Below, piece after piece: positions 39,586-50,581 of a DNA stretch of 64,000 nt. Both the position numbers and the translations under genes were made by a program. This DNA comes from an uncultured Spirochaetota bacterium. Lineage in GTDB: Bacteria > Spirochaetota > Spirochaetia > SZUA-6 > Fen-1364. Where the stretch lies: the NCBI GenBank assembly GCA_963745235.1, contig CAVUXE010000048.1, positions 1 to 64,000 of the forward strand. Reading direction: 5' to 3'. The notes beneath the pieces are model-generated. The model was not told the origin of the DNA and made no database searches. It saw only the letters and a list, made by a program, of their open reading frames with translations. How positions within the stretch are numbered: the stretch's first letter is position 1; each line of letters opens with the position of its first letter.

Positions 39586-40943
39586 CTACCCTCCGAGTCG
39601 CTCGCGGTACAACCTTCCCGCAATCTCCAGCAGCTTTTCCTTTTCGTTCAAAGCAGGGTCTTCCAGCACGGCTTGAAGAAGCTCGTTCAGGATGATGCCC
39701 ACCGTCGGTCCGGGCGGGATGGCCAGGCGTTCCATGAGGTCATTGCCGTCCACGGCCAGCTGGCGGACGGTGAAAGCGCGTCCCGCTCTCCATGACTGCA
39801 CGCACGCGCGAAGCGAAGTCCGCAAGCCCCTGCGGGAAAGCAGACGCATTCTCCCGGCACATCCCGATCTGGTCCGCCCTGCGCAGGGCCATGATGTCAT
39901 CGATCTTCTGCTCTCCCACCCGCGCTATGAGCCGGCGAACCGCCGCGTCCGACCATTCCTCCTGGTAGTTGAACATGTGGTGGGCCACAAGGTGCGACAC
40001 GTCCTTCACCACGGCGATGGGAAGCTTCAGCCGCGTGAGGATTTCCTCCGTCATGTGCGCGGAAACCCTCTCGTGCGCGTAGAAGGTGGGACGGCCGTCA
40101 GGCCCCACGGCGCGCGTCCGCGGCTTTCCGATGTCGTGCAGGAGGGCGGCCAGGCGCAAGATGAGGGAAGACGGCGGGGCGGCGTCGCAGGCGTAAAGGG
40201 AGTGCGTGAACACGTCGTAGCAGTGGAGGCTGCCCTGTTCGACGCCCACCCCCTCCAGCAGCTCGGGAAGGACCACCCCGAGGATGCCGGTTTCCTTCAT
40301 GAGGAAGAGGCCGACTGACGGGAGGGGGGATTCCAGGGTCTTGAGAAGCTCGTCCCTGACTCGCTCCGCGGAAACCTTGGCAAGGATGTCAAGCGCGCCC
40401 GGGATGGCCGCCCGTGTCGCTTCATCGACGGCGAAGGAAAGCTGCGCGGCAATCCTGCAGGCACGCAGGGGCCGAAGACCGTCCTCCCGAAAGCGCTCCG
40501 CCGGATCTCCGATTGCCCGGATGACCCGGGCCGCCAGGTCCTTGCGCCCGGCGTGAGGGTCAATGATTTCGATCCCTGAGGAGATCGTACGCCATGGCGT
40601 TGATGGTGAAGTCCCGGCGGGCAAGGTCGTCGAGGATTGTCGGGGCGAAGGCGACGCTGTCGGGCCGGCTCCCGTCGCTGTAGTCCGTCTCCGTGCGGAA
40701 GGTCGTCACCTCGAAGGTGGTTCCCTTGAAGAGCACGGTGACCGTTCCATGCTTGATGCCTGTCGGTATGACACGGCGGAAGAGCGAGAAGACCTGGTCG
40801 GGCAGCGCGTCGGTGGCGATGTCGAAGTCGGTATGGGACCTTCCCATCAGCGTATCGCGGACGGCGCCGCCCACCAGGTGACACTGGAAGCCGGACTCGC
40901 GAAAAGGAGCCGCAAACTCTCTGACGACCCGGGGGATGCGCAT
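39586..40943 (-). CDS. cca: CCA tRNA nucleotidyltransferase with HD domain (two frameshifts)
   Basis: LVGGAVRD, DFDIAT, RRDFTINA, RFREDGLR, AALLHDIGK. Confidence 0.88.
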
Positions 40944-40983
40944 TGCGGCTCAAGTAAATAGGTTTCGGATGGTCAGTGTCAAC

Positions 40984-41012
40984 AAAAAAGCCGCCCCGAC
41001 GGGGGCGGCTTT
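40984..41012 (-). terminator. Rho-independent terminator after flaB
   Basis: AAAGCCGCCCC-CGTC-GGGGCGGCTTTTTT on the minus strand. Confidence 0.85.
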
Positions 41013-41032
41013 CCAGATTGCTCCGCGGGGAC

Positions 41033-41905
41033 CTAGCGGAACAGCTGCAGGACCGTCTGCGGCTTCGTGTTTGCCTGCGCCAGCATGGCGGTGGAGGACT
41101 GCACAAGGATCTGGTCCTTCACGAACTCCACCATCTGCGCTGCCATGTCGGTGTCCCTGATCAGGCTCTCGGCCGCCTGGAGGTTCTCCGCGCCGACAGC
41201 CAGCCCCTTCATGGCGTACTCCAGCCTGTTCTGGTAGGCGCCCAGGTCCGCCCTCTGCTTGTTGACGAGCCTCAGGGCGTGGTCCAGCACCCCGATGGCC
41301 GCGTTGGCGTGGTCCGGGGAGGACAGGGAGATGAAGGTGGCGTTGGCCGGCAGGCCGTTGGCTCCCTGGATCCCCAGCCCCTGGGCGGTCATGGTGCCGA
41401 TGTACACGCGGGTTCTCTGGTCCATGTTGGCCCCGATCTGCAGCCACATGCTGCCGGTGACCGCGTTCTCTCCCGTGGAGCGGGCGAAGCGGCCGGTGAG
41501 CATGTTCATGCCGTTGAACTGGGCGTGGGAGGCAATGCGGTTGACCTCTGCCACGAGGGCGGAAACCTCCACCTGGATCTGCATGCGGTCCTCGTCGGAG
41601 TAGATGCCGTTGGAGGCCTGCACCGACAGCTCGCGCAGCCTCTGCATGATGTCCTGGCTCTCCTGGAGGTAGCCTTCCGCGGTCTGGATGAAGGAGATGC
41701 CGTTCTGAGCGTTGTTCTCCGCCTGGTGGAGGCCGCGGATCTGGGAACGCATCTTCTCCGAGACTGCGAGCCCGGATGCGTCATCGCCCGCGCGGTTGAT
41801 GCGCATGCCGGATGAGAGCTTCTCCATGTCCTTGTCCGCCTGGATGCCGTTGAAGAACAGCTGGCGGTCGGTGAAGAGAGCGCTCATGTTGTGATTGATG
41901 ATCAT
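41033..41905 (-). CDS. flaB: Periplasmic flagellar core flagellin FlaB
   Basis: [39 protein letters not shown]; 290 aa. Confidence 0.96.
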   Translation of the reverse strand: MIINHNMSALFTDRQLFFNGIQADKDMEKLSSGMRINRAGDDASGLAVSEKMRSQIRGLHQAENNAQNGISFIQTAEGYLQESQDIMQRLRELSVQASNGIYSDEDRMQIQVEVSALVAEVNRIASHAQFNGMNMLTGRFARSTGENAVTGSMWLQIGANMDQRTRVYIGTMTAQGLGIQGANGLPANATFISLSSPDHANAAIGVLDHALRLVNKQRADLGAYQNRLEYAMKGLAVGAENLQAAESLIRDTDMAAQMVEFVKDQILVQSSTAMLAQANTKPQTVLQLFR

Positions 41906-41929
41906 CGAATCCTCCTTGAACGGTTCGTG

Positions 41930-41949
41930 CCCGGACGTCCCTGTCCGGG
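41930..41949 (-). promoter_or_regulatory. Putative CsrA-binding hairpin in the flaB leader
   Basis: CCCGGAC-AGGGAC-GTCCGGG stem-loop with ANGGA in the loop, upstream of the AAGGAGGA Shine-Dalgarno. Confidence 0.6.
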
Positions 41950-41964
41950 GTGATCTCCCTTCAA

Positions 41965-41991
41965 TGGTCGGAAGAATCCGGGGGTGCTTGA
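41965..41991 (-). promoter_or_regulatory. Putative sigma28 promoter of flaB
   Basis: TCAA-N15-TCCGACCA versus consensus TAAA-N15-GCCGATAA. Confidence 0.6.
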
Positions 41992-42044
41992 GAAAATCCG
42001 AACACCGACGATTTCGTTGAAAGAAGCCCGCGAAACGGGTACTC

Positions 42045-43847
42045 TTGAGCACAAGAGACCGGATGATGCTGGAGAAAACGAGGCTGGAGGAACTTTCGCT
42101 GGCTCTTCCCGAGAAGGAAAGGAAAGACCTCCTGGAGCGGATTGCCCGTCGGATGGAGCGCACGGAAGGGGAGGAAGCCTTCCCCGTCGAGCTGAAGGAG
42201 GACGAGCGGGAGAAGATCATCTCCTTTGAAATGAAGGAAGCCGGCGTATGGGTGCGCTTCCTGATATGGCTGCGAACGTTCATCACGGGACGGACCCGGA
42301 AGGAAGTTTTTGTCGATATCCGTCTCCGGCGGCTCAAGTCTCACATTCAATCGGTGAATCCCGGGCTCACCGGGTTCGAGACGAGGGATCTCACGCCGAA
42401 GCTGGCGCGCAGGCTGTTCGAGGTCTACCAGCGCATCCACCCTCTTCTCCCCTTGTATCATGCCCTTGGCTCCGATAAGGCGTTCAAGGGGGAAGCCTTT
42501 TCCTGGCTCGTTGATCGTCGCTATGAGAACGCAAAGAGCAGTCTGGAGCAGTTCGTCGCCGAGGAGGAGATGGAAGAGCTCTTCGCAACCACCGGCCAGA
42601 CGGAAGACATCAGGAAGAGACTATCGGCGCGGCTCAGTGAATACGTGCGTACCATTCCGGAAACGTTCCTGCTTCAGACAGAGGAGAGCGCCAGGCTGCA
42701 CCTCTGCATCGGCAGGCTCGTCTTCTTCCCCTTCGCGGGACTCCTCAGATATTTCAGCTATGTTGTTGCCGATCCGGAAGACCCGGAGAGGGCTCCCGCA
42801 TTCGAGCATGCTCCGGCAATGCTGACCCTGGACCTGCTTGAGAAGCTTTCCATCGTGCTCTCCCAGCTCCTCGGGCTGGCTCCGGACTTTCCCTACGCGG
42901 AGGAGCCGGTAGCCTACTACCTGCTGGTCCGGGCCGGGTTGCGGCCTCGTGAAGAAAAGGACACCGCAAAGATAGAACAGGAGCTCATCCGCGTGCGCGC
43001 GGAAATCCGCTCCCTCACAAGCGAAATCGAGCAGTTCGACCGGACGGTGCCTCTGCTGGACATCGTGCGATATTTCCGATCGGATCCGTGGTTCCAGCTC
43101 GTCTCCGGAACGCCGCAGCTTTACCTGAGAAACCTGTACTTCTCGAACCTCAAGACGCACCTGGCGGAGGAGCTGGAACAAAGGCTCGGAACCGTGAAGG
43201 AAAAGGTGATCGGGAAGAAGATTCAGGATCTGCTCAAGGGAACACGTCTTGTCGGGCTCGCCAACCTGAAGGAAGCCCCCGAAGATGCGCTGCGCAAGGA
43301 AGGGTTGCCGTATCTCACATGCGTTCGGAGCATGACGCTCCTGTACAACTACCTCCAGCAGCAATTCAAGGGTGTGATCCAGGAGGCGGCACAGCTCCTG
43401 GGAGCCACCGCGCTGGCCAACAACCGCATCACCCAGAACCGCCTCACGCTGGCGATATCCAACCTGGAAGACCTCGAAGCCAGGATCATCCTTTTTGACC
43501 GCTCCCTGTCCCCGGATGAGGATGACGGAAAAACGCTCGTCCGCTTCCGCTCAAACCTCGCCACGGACCTGCTGTCACAGAAGGGCTATCGCGCCTTCAT
43601 TATCCAGAAGGACGGGGAGGGGAGGGACCTCATTGAGAAGGCCAGGGAGAACCTGGTGAGCGTGCGCCGGATCTTCGAGGAAGTCCGCTTGAGCACCTTC
43701 GAGACCACCCGGTCAACGCTCAAGACGCTGCACGTGTTCCGCGGCAGGAACCAGACCCTCGGCCAGATCCTCACCTCCCGCTCGGACGCAATCGGGGCTT
43801 TTCTGGCGCTCCTTGATCAGCTGGTCGAAGTGGAAAAGGGCGACTGA
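42045..43847 (+). CDS. Conserved spirochete hypothetical protein (DUF5312-like)
   Basis: 600-aa helical ORF with host-like codon usage; family assignment from recall only. Confidence 0.6.
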   Translation: MSTRDRMMLEKTRLEELSLALPEKERKDLLERIARRMERTEGEEAFPVELKEDEREKIISFEMKEAGVWVRFLIWLRTFITGRTRKEVFVDIRLRRLKSHIQSVNPGLTGFETRDLTPKLARRLFEVYQRIHPLLPLYHALGSDKAFKGEAFSWLVDRRYENAKSSLEQFVAEEEMEELFATTGQTEDIRKRLSARLSEYVRTIPETFLLQTEESARLHLCIGRLVFFPFAGLLRYFSYVVADPEDPERAPAFEHAPAMLTLDLLEKLSIVLSQLLGLAPDFPYAEEPVAYYLLVRAGLRPREEKDTAKIEQELIRVRAEIRSLTSEIEQFDRTVPLLDIVRYFRSDPWFQLVSGTPQLYLRNLYFSNLKTHLAEELEQRLGTVKEKVIGKKIQDLLKGTRLVGLANLKEAPEDALRKEGLPYLTCVRSMTLLYNYLQQQFKGVIQEAAQLLGATALANNRITQNRLTLAISNLEDLEARIILFDRSLSPDEDDGKTLVRFRSNLATDLLSQKGYRAFIIQKDGEGRDLIEKARENLVSVRRIFEEVRLSTFETTRSTLKTLHVFRGRNQTLGQILTSRSDAIGAFLALLDQLVEVEKGD

Positions 43848-44347
43848 GCGACCATCTCGCGGAGGCGCCGGGTCGTCTCCCGGGGATCCTCCACCAGCAC
43901 CCTCTTGCCTGCAATCAGGTCCGCGATGCCCGTCTCCCGCGGGTAGCGGGGGATGATATGCAGATGCAGATGATTGATCGATGCTCCCGCCGCGGGGCCC
44001 ATGTTGAAACCGATGTTGTAGGCGTGGGGCGCACTTGCGCGGTCCAGGAGATCCAGCAGGAACCTCTGTAATCCGGCGAGCCTGCTCTCTTCATCCGCCG
44101 TGAGCTCCCGCACGTCCTCCACGTGACGAAGGGGATACACGAGGAGGTGGCCGGGGTTGTAGGGATAAAGGTTCACCGACACGATGAAAAGCTCGTCCCG
44201 CCAGATGCTCAGGTCCACGACGTCAGGGTTGCGGTCCCGTATCATGCAGAGGATGCACCCGGATGGATGCTTCCCCTTGACGTAGGCCATCTTCTCGAAG
44301 TTCAGGAAATAGCCGTGGTCCCCCAAAGCGCTACTCCAGCCCGCCAA
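43817..44347 (-). CDS. HIT family hydrolase
   Basis: CILC, NLYPYNPGHLL, HLHLHIIPR; start uncertain. Confidence 0.88.
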   Translation of the reverse strand: MAGWSSALGDHGYFLNFEKMAYVKGKHPSGCILCMIRDRNPDVVDLSIWRDELFIVSVNLYPYNPGHLLVYPLRHVEDVRELTADEESRLAGLQRFLLDLLDRASAPHAYNIGFNMGPAAGASINHLHLHIIPRYPRETGIADLIAGKRVLVEDPRETTRRLREMVAQSPFSTSTS

Positions 44348-45227
44348 GCTTGTCCAGGAGATCGAGGGCCTGGAGGTCTTTCGTCGTCAGTTTCTGGCTC
44401 GTCTCGAGGAAGAGAAACTTGATCAGGGCGGGGTACTTCGCAAGGAGCTCGCCGTACCTGGTGAGTATGGCGATGGTGGCTTCCTGCCTCTCAGCGGCCC
44501 TGCGCTGAAGGGCATCTTCGGCAACCTGCTGGGGAGCCTGGAGGGAAAGGGCCTTTTCCCGTTCGTCGATGATTCTCATGTAGGCGGACCGGAGCTTCCG
44601 GTAAAGCTCGGCGTCGGGCATCTTCAGGATCACAGGGGAGATGGACAGAAACTCGAGGCGAGGGAAGCTTTCCTTCAGACCGCTGACCAGTGCGGCAGCG
44701 AAGGAGCTGGGACCCGCGGCGGATTGGCCTGGAGAGTCGTCAGCCTGCGGAGTGACGTTTGCAAGTCCGAGGGCAAGCTCCGAAGCGCGTCTCTGGATCT
44801 CGCTGTTCGTCTGGTCGTACCAGTCCCCGATGTTCTCCTGCCGGAGACCCTCGTTGGCCACCAGCCCGGGCAGCGCGTCCGGACGGATTCTGTAGAGCGC
44901 GGAAAGCTTGATGTCCACGGAGAAGTCCGGCCGCTCCGGCATGAGCGCGGAGTACGCCTCAGCGGAGGGAAGGAGCGAACGGATCTCCGCGTCAGCCCTC
45001 TCCGTGCTCAGGCTGATGCGGTACAGGGTGAGCGCATGCGGCACCAGCCGCTCCCATCTCCACGTGAACCCCGAAGGGCCGATCACGGATTTGCCAAATC
45101 CCCGCGACGTCGTAAAAGGCACCGCCCACGTATCCGGGCCCAGTGAGAGCTGGACCCATCCGGCAAAGAAGCCGACGAGCACAAGCACGAGAAGGACGGC
45201 CGTCGGAATGTACCAGTAATTCCGCAT
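44331..45227 (-). CDS. Hypothetical membrane-anchored protein (SPFH-like layout)
   Basis: N-terminal TM segment, C-terminal coiled coil. Confidence 0.55.
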   Translation of the reverse strand: MRNYWYIPTAVLLVLVLVGFFAGWVQLSLGPDTWAVPFTTSRGFGKSVIGPSGFTWRWERLVPHALTLYRISLSTERADAEIRSLLPSAEAYSALMPERPDFSVDIKLSALYRIRPDALPGLVANEGLRQENIGDWYDQTNSEIQRRASELALGLANVTPQADDSPGQSAAGPSSFAAALVSGLKESFPRLEFLSISPVILKMPDAELYRKLRSAYMRIIDEREKALSLQAPQQVAEDALQRRAAERQEATIAILTRYGELLAKYPALIKFLFLETSQKLTTKDLQALDLLDKLGGLE

Positions 45228-45313
45228 GAATCTTTCGGCGCCGGTCTGCGCTCAACCGAGATTGCGGCGCGCCGCTGGTGTTGCGGCAGGCCTTGAACTA
45301 TAGTGTAACTCGG

Positions 45314-45649
45314 ATGAAAGAATATCCTTTTCTCACACGGCTGTCCAGTTTTACGGGCAGAGCAGTGGTGTTCTTCTTCTTTCTTTCCCTGCTGCTTTTC
45401 TTTTTCTATATCCTGGGCAACTACCAGGACTTCCTCGACTCCACGCAATTGTTCCTTTTGACCCTGCTGCGGCTTGCCCTTTCCCTGGAGCTCGCAAGCG
45501 GCGCGTATCTCGCCATCTTCCTGGTGCGCCGCACTGTTCATGAGCGCCGGGCCTTTGTGCTTCGGTGGATCCTGCTGGCTTTCTCCATGACCGGCTCCGG
45601 CGCTCTCCTGCTCGTTCTCCAGTATATCCGCGCGTGGCTGCGCGCCTGA
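45314..45649 (+). CDS. Small integral membrane protein
   Basis: Three hydrophobic helices, YILGNYQDFLD. Confidence 0.6.
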   Translation: MKEYPFLTRLSSFTGRAVVFFFFLSLLLFFFYILGNYQDFLDSTQLFLLTLLRLALSLELASGAYLAIFLVRRTVHERRAFVLRWILLAFSMTGSGALLLVLQYIRAWLRA

Positions 45650-45669
45650 AAAACCGCTATACTCCGCGA

Positions 45670-46841
45670 ATGTCTGTCTTCACGGTCGAATCCCCAGCCG
45701 CCATCCATTTCGGTGTTGACACGCTCGACAGGCTCGGCCAGATCGTCGCAAAGGACGGACCGCGCGTTCTTGTCCTCACGGGCGAACGGTGGATGGCATC
45801 TTCCGGCTGGACGCAAAAGCTCCGCCAGCTTCTTTCCGGTCACGAGGTTCAATCTCTCCCCTGCCCGCACGGCGAGCCGTCCACCGAGTCACTTGCATCA
45901 TGCGCGGAGGCCGCGCACCCGTTTTCTCCGACGGTGATCGTTGCCATCGGCGGCGGATCCGTCCTGGACACGGCGAAGGCGCTGTCAGCTCTTCTGCGCC
46001 ACGGCGGACCGGTTTCGAGATATCTCGAAGGCGTGCCGGGCTCCGTGGCGGTGCCGGGCCCGGGCGTTCCCTGGGTCGCGGTGCCGACAACCGCCGGTAC
46101 GGGAGCCGAGGTGACGAAGAACGCGGTCATACGGGCAACTGACCTAGGCGTCAAGCGAAGCATGCGCTCGCCGCACCTGCTCGCGCGGGCGGTGGTCGTT
46201 GATCCGCGGCTGACCCTGACTCTCCCCCCCCGGTGACCGGTATCTCGGGGCTGGACGCTTTGACGCAGCTGGTGGAGGCGTACGTCACCCCGAAGTCAAA
46301 CCCTTTTGTCCGGTCGCTGATCGAAGGCGCGTTCGGGCCCATGATCGCCTCCCTTGAGCGTTTGAGCTCGGACCCGGCGGACATCGACATGCGCTGCGCT
46401 GCAAGCTATGGGGCGCTCGTCAGCGGGCTTGCGCTGGCCAACGCCGGGCTGGGCGCCGCTCACGGCTTTGCCGCCGCGTTGGGCGGGATGTTCGAGGTGC
46501 CCCACGGTCTTGCCTGCGCGGTTTCGCTTCCGCTCGTGCTGGAGGCCAACGCGGAGGTGACAGGGGAACTGGTTGCACAGCTCGCCGTTCGCGCTCACGC
46601 TGGCGGAAGCTCCACCGCACATCCAGTCCAGTGGCTTGCCGACAAGGTGAGGGAGATCCTGCGGGCATTCGGTTTGCCGCAAGACCTGCGGGAATACCAC
46701 ATTCCTGCCGAAAGGATCAGTGAGATCGCGGAGAAGTCCTCGGGATCCAGCATGAGCGGCAACCCGCGACAGCTCGGCCTGGCGGAGCGGGAGAAGCTCC
46801 TCGCAAGGATCGTCTGCGGCGAAACGGAGAACGAGGGATAA
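45670..46841 (+). CDS. Iron-containing alcohol dehydrogenase (frameshift in C-run near 46230)
   Basis: IGGGSVLDTAK, PTTAGTGAEVT, GLDALTQLVE, GAAHG, PHGLAC. Confidence 0.88.
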
Positions 46842-47209
46842 TGACCAGGGCGGTCCGGGGTGCCATCCAGGTGAGCCGCAACGAGCGGCGCGCAATCCAC
46901 GAGGCAGCGTTGCGGCTCATCGATGAGCTCCTGAAGAAGAACCAGGTTCGCGGACGGGACATCATCAGCATACTTTTCTCCCTGACGACCGACCTGGACG
47001 CGGGAAACCCGGCGACCGGCCTGCGCGAGGGCGGGTTTCTGGAGACGCCGCTTTTCTGCGTTCAGGAGGCGAAAGTCGAGGGCGGGATGGAGCGAGTCAT
47101 TCGGGCCCTTGTCACGTTCGAGGGAAAGAGGCGTCGGAAGGCAATTGCGATCTACCTGGACGGCGCCGAGGCGCTTCGTCCCGACATCGCCCCGGGGAGA
47201 TCTCCGTGA
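46841..47209 (+). CDS. aroH: Chorismate mutase, AroH class
   Basis: RAVRGAI, PLFCVQE, YLDGAEALRPD. Confidence 0.88.
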   Translation: MTRAVRGAIQVSRNERRAIHEAALRLIDELLKKNQVRGRDIISILFSLTTDLDAGNPATGLREGGFLETPLFCVQEAKVEGGMERVIRALVTFEGKRRRKAIAIYLDGAEALRPDIAPGRSP

Positions 47210-48777
47210 AGCTTCCCGGCAGCGTGTGGCACGTGGCGCGGGAGTACGCCGGGCTGGCTGAGGCGGGCGGTGTGAAAGACGTGGTTCGGGGACTGGCCGA
47301 CGCCCTGGTCCGACGAGGCGTTTCAACCACGGTCGTCATACCGCTCTACGGTTTCCTGGCGCCTCTGGTGGAGAAGAGGAGACCGGTTACCTCGTTCACG
47401 ATGTTGCTGCCGGACCAGGACAAGGCAAACGAGCTTTTCGAAGAGCGCGTGCGGATCTCCCAGTCGGAGATGCAGGGCGTGAGGCTTCTTCTGGTAGAGT
47501 CGCCCCGCTTTTCCTCGCTGCGCGACGTGTATACATACACAGCCCAGGACGAGGCGGAGAACGAATGGCGAAAGAAGGGGACGGGCCATTGGGATTCCCA
47601 TCAGCTGAACCTGTTGCTTCAACGCGCGGCGCTGGAGGCCGCGGCCGGGCTTGGCGAAGCTCAGGTGCTGTTTCACTGTCATGACGGCCATACCGCGTTT
47701 CTTCCTGCACTCATGAGGGAATCTCCTGCATTTGCGGAGGCGTTCAGGCTCTCTGCTTCCGTTGTGACAATCCATAACGCGGGCAAGGGCTATCACCAGG
47801 AAGTGTGGTCCCCCGAGTTTGCGGCCCTGCTGACAGGACTGCCACCGTCGGTGCTGGAGAAGGGGATGCTGGGGGGCACCGTGGATCCGCTGCTCCTGGC
47901 CGGTTCCTACTCCCTGCTTTGCACCGTGTCAGAGCAGTACGCGCGGGAGTTGCTTGCGGAAAAAGAAGACGAGGTGAGCGGAGGCCTCGGCAGGGCCTGC
48001 CGGGAGCGCGGCATCCCGCTTGCCGGAATCACGAATGGAATAGATCCCACCCCCTGGGATCCGCGTTTCCCTGAGCGGTCGGCGCTCGGCGTGAGGTTCG
48101 ACCCGTCAACCGGTGACCTTGCGGGCAAGAGGGAGTGTCGCAAGACCCTGGCAGAGCGCCTCAACATCCCCCGGGGACCGGCGGAAGACCGGCTTCCCTT
48201 GTACGCTTTCGTCGGAAGGCTGACCGAGCAGAAAGGCGTCGACATCCTGTTCAGCTCGATCAAGGAAATCCTTTTCCATGAAGACAGCCCGCTCTTCGTC
48301 GTCCTGGGGTCCGGGGAAAAGCAGAGAGAGGACGTGTTTGCGCAGCTTGCAGTGCAGCCGCAAACGCGGGGGAGGCTCTGCTTCGTTCCGCGCTACGACC
48401 CGGCGCTGGCAAAGCTCATTTACGCTGCAAGCGACTTCTTTCTCATACCGTCCCTGTATGAGCCATGCGGGCTCACCGACTTCATCTCCCAGGTCCTCGG
48501 AAGCATACCCATTGCGCATCACGTCGGCGGCCTGGTGAAGGTGAGGGATGGTAAGACCGGATTCTCGTATGATGAGCAGTCCCCCGTGGCCCTTTCCGCC
48601 GTACTGAAGAGGACGACAGGCATGTTCGTCTCTGATCCGTCCGCGTTGGAGGCCATCCGGAGGCGGGCCTTCTCTGAGATATTCTCCGCGCACACCTGGG
48701 ACAAGGTTCTGGAGGAAGGCTACCTTCCTCTCTACGCCAAGGCATTCGAGGAGGCAACCCGGTGGACGCGGAAGTAA
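47206..48777 (+). CDS. glgA: Glycogen/starch synthase (GT5)
   Basis: AGGVKDV, HCHDGHT, TIHN, GRLTEQKG, PSLYEPCGL. Confidence 0.88.
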   Translation: MKLPGSVWHVAREYAGLAEAGGVKDVVRGLADALVRRGVSTTVVIPLYGFLAPLVEKRRPVTSFTMLLPDQDKANELFEERVRISQSEMQGVRLLLVESPRFSSLRDVYTYTAQDEAENEWRKKGTGHWDSHQLNLLLQRAALEAAAGLGEAQVLFHCHDGHTAFLPALMRESPAFAEAFRLSASVVTIHNAGKGYHQEVWSPEFAALLTGLPPSVLEKGMLGGTVDPLLLAGSYSLLCTVSEQYARELLAEKEDEVSGGLGRACRERGIPLAGITNGIDPTPWDPRFPERSALGVRFDPSTGDLAGKRECRKTLAERLNIPRGPAEDRLPLYAFVGRLTEQKGVDILFSSIKEILFHEDSPLFVVLGSGEKQREDVFAQLAVQPQTRGRLCFVPRYDPALAKLIYAASDFFLIPSLYEPCGLTDFISQVLGSIPIAHHVGGLVKVRDGKTGFSYDEQSPVALSAVLKRTTGMFVSDPSALEAIRRRAFSEIFSAHTWDKVLEEGYLPLYAKAFEEATRWTRK

Positions 48778-49577
48778 GCCTGAAGACGTCCATCGACGTT
48801 GCTCGGATCCGCCGGGCGTGTCGTGTTGCGGAAGACTGCATGCGGTTTCTTTCCGGGCAGATCCATCCGGGTGCGACCACCGAAGATCTGGACCGCCAGG
48901 CAGCCCGCTTCCTGAACAAGCACAGCGCGGCTTCCGCTCTTCGCGGGTACCGGGGTTTTCCCGGGTGCATCTGCACTTCGGTGAACAATGTCGCCGCCCA
49001 CGGTATTCCTTCAAACAGAACGGTCGAAGAGGGAGATCTGATCTCACTCGACATCACGGTGAACCTGGACGGCTGGTTTGGGGATACGGCCTGGAGCTTC
49101 ATCGTCGGAAAAGGGGGCCCGGACAGCCGGCGGCTGCTGCGAGCTGCCTGGCGGGCAACACTTGCGGGAATACGGGCTGCCCGGGCGGGAAACCGCATTG
49201 GCGACATAGGGGCCGCCATTCAGAAAACGGCCCGGGCGTTCGGATGCTCGGTCATTGAAGACTACGTGGGCCACGGGATTGGCAGGGCCATGCACGAGGA
49301 CCCCCTGGTGCTCAACTTCGGTGCCGCGGACACGGGGATGAGGATCGTGCCCGGAATGGTTTTCACGGTCGAGCCGATGCTGAACCTTGGCGGCCGGGAG
49401 GTCCACGTCACGGAGGATGGCTGGACCCTGGTTACAAGCGATGGGAGCCTCTCCGCGCAGTTCGAGCACACTGTCGCGGTGTTCCGCGACTACACTGAAG
49501 TGCTCACCTATTCACGGGGCGACATCTTCGAGTCCGGCGACTTTCCCCCATCATTCACGGATTCCGCCCCGCGTTGA
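48762..49577 (+). CDS. map: Methionine aminopeptidase type I
   Basis: CTSVN...HGIP, GHGIG..MHEDP, EPM, SAQFEHT. Confidence 0.93.
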   Translation: MDAEVSLKTSIDVARIRRACRVAEDCMRFLSGQIHPGATTEDLDRQAARFLNKHSAASALRGYRGFPGCICTSVNNVAAHGIPSNRTVEEGDLISLDITVNLDGWFGDTAWSFIVGKGGPDSRRLLRAAWRATLAGIRAARAGNRIGDIGAAIQKTARAFGCSVIEDYVGHGIGRAMHEDPLVLNFGAADTGMRIVPGMVFTVEPMLNLGGREVHVTEDGWTLVTSDGSLSAQFEHTVAVFRDYTEVLTYSRGDIFESGDFPPSFTDSAPR

Positions 49578-49648
49578 GGTTGGGGGAAAGCACCTGACGG
49601 CCCGATATTCCCAGCACGGGCTGATGACAACAGGCTGATGAAAGCGGC

Positions 49649-49677
49649 TTGACAGTGAAAAGTGCGCGTTATAGGTT
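49649..49677 (+). promoter_or_regulatory. Sigma70-type promoter of tRNA-Thr
   Basis: TTGACA-N17-TAGGTT just upstream of the tRNA. Confidence 0.55.
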
Positions 49678-49691
49678 TTTTCGGAATTGTC

Positions 49692-49764
49692 GCCACCTTA
49701 GCTCAACTGGCAGAGCACGTGATTTGTAATCTCGAGGTTCTCGGTTCAAGTCCGAGAGGTGGCT
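49692..49764 (+). tRNA. tRNA-Thr(TGT), CCA not encoded
   Basis: GCCACCT/AGGTGGC acceptor stem, loop TTTGTAA, GGTTCAAGTCC. Confidence 0.93.
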
Positions 49765-50132
49765 TACAGACGAAGTTCGCGGCGCTCTGCCTCACCATGG
49801 CGACAACGCCCGTCCAGTCACGCAGGGCCAACGGGGAGTCCTTGCCGTGGCCCGCCGTCTCGATACGTCCTGAGGCCTCCGCCTGTGGGACTTGGTCGAT
49901 AAGGGGTCTACGGCCTTCCCCCGGGCCCTGGCACGCTCTTGGATCGCTTACAATGAGCATTTTGGATCGAGGGCGTCCAAAAATACACAAGCACTGGCAT
50001 CGCAGCGGCAAAGTCTGCGCTGGAGACCGTGACCGTTCAGTCGCTTGTTTGATCCTACGGACTCAGGGATTCAAAACTTTGATTTGACTGCTCCGCGGCC
50101 GGCATTTAGATTCACTGTAGCATCATACGGGG

Positions 50133-50516
50133 GTGAAGAGCATGGGCAGTAAATACCCTTTTCCATTGCTCTGTGTTGTGCTGCTCGCCTCCAATATTCC
50201 GCTATGGGCCAATCCGCTTATGACTGACCGACGGGACGGTGACAAGCGCAGCCCGATCGATCTTTCTACGGGAAGCCCAGAGCCAAGCATCCAAAACGGT
50301 GACAGTAGCCTCTTCGCCCCGAGTCAGTGGAGCGCTCCTCATTCAAAAAACACGTCGCCCATTGATTCGTCCAACGGCTTTACTCTTGGAAAGTTTCCGC
50401 TGTTCTCGACCCGTTTGATACGCAACGCTCTGCCGGTGGAAATAGCGGTCCTCTTCGAAGGCTGCTCTGACGGACCCGCTTGCCTGGTTGAAGCCGGCCT
50501 AATGTTGAGGTTTTGA
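50133..50516 (+). CDS. Hypothetical protein with possible signal peptide (may be a remnant)
   Basis: Hydrophobic N-terminus; no recognisable domain. Confidence 0.3.
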   Translation: MKSMGSKYPFPLLCVVLLASNIPLWANPLMTDRRDGDKRSPIDLSTGSPEPSIQNGDSSLFAPSQWSAPHSKNTSPIDSSNGFTLGKFPLFSTRLIRNALPVEIAVLFEGCSDGPACLVEAGLMLRF

Positions 50517-50581
50517 CGTTTGCGGGTACATCAAGACGCCTGTGCAGGGCAAAGAACCACAGGGGAAGGGAGAGAACACCG

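Noticed and set aside
41906-42337. N-terminal extension of flagellin in the 434-aa ORF
   Set aside because: The true start is MIINHN at 41905 with a strong Shine-Dalgarno; the upstream part is promoter DNA and the opposite-strand gene.
49765-50130. Integrase gene at the island edge (KFAALCLTMATT...GESLPW resembles box I)
   Set aside because: The similarity is too weak and there is no coherent ORF or catalytic motif set, so it is not reported as a feature.
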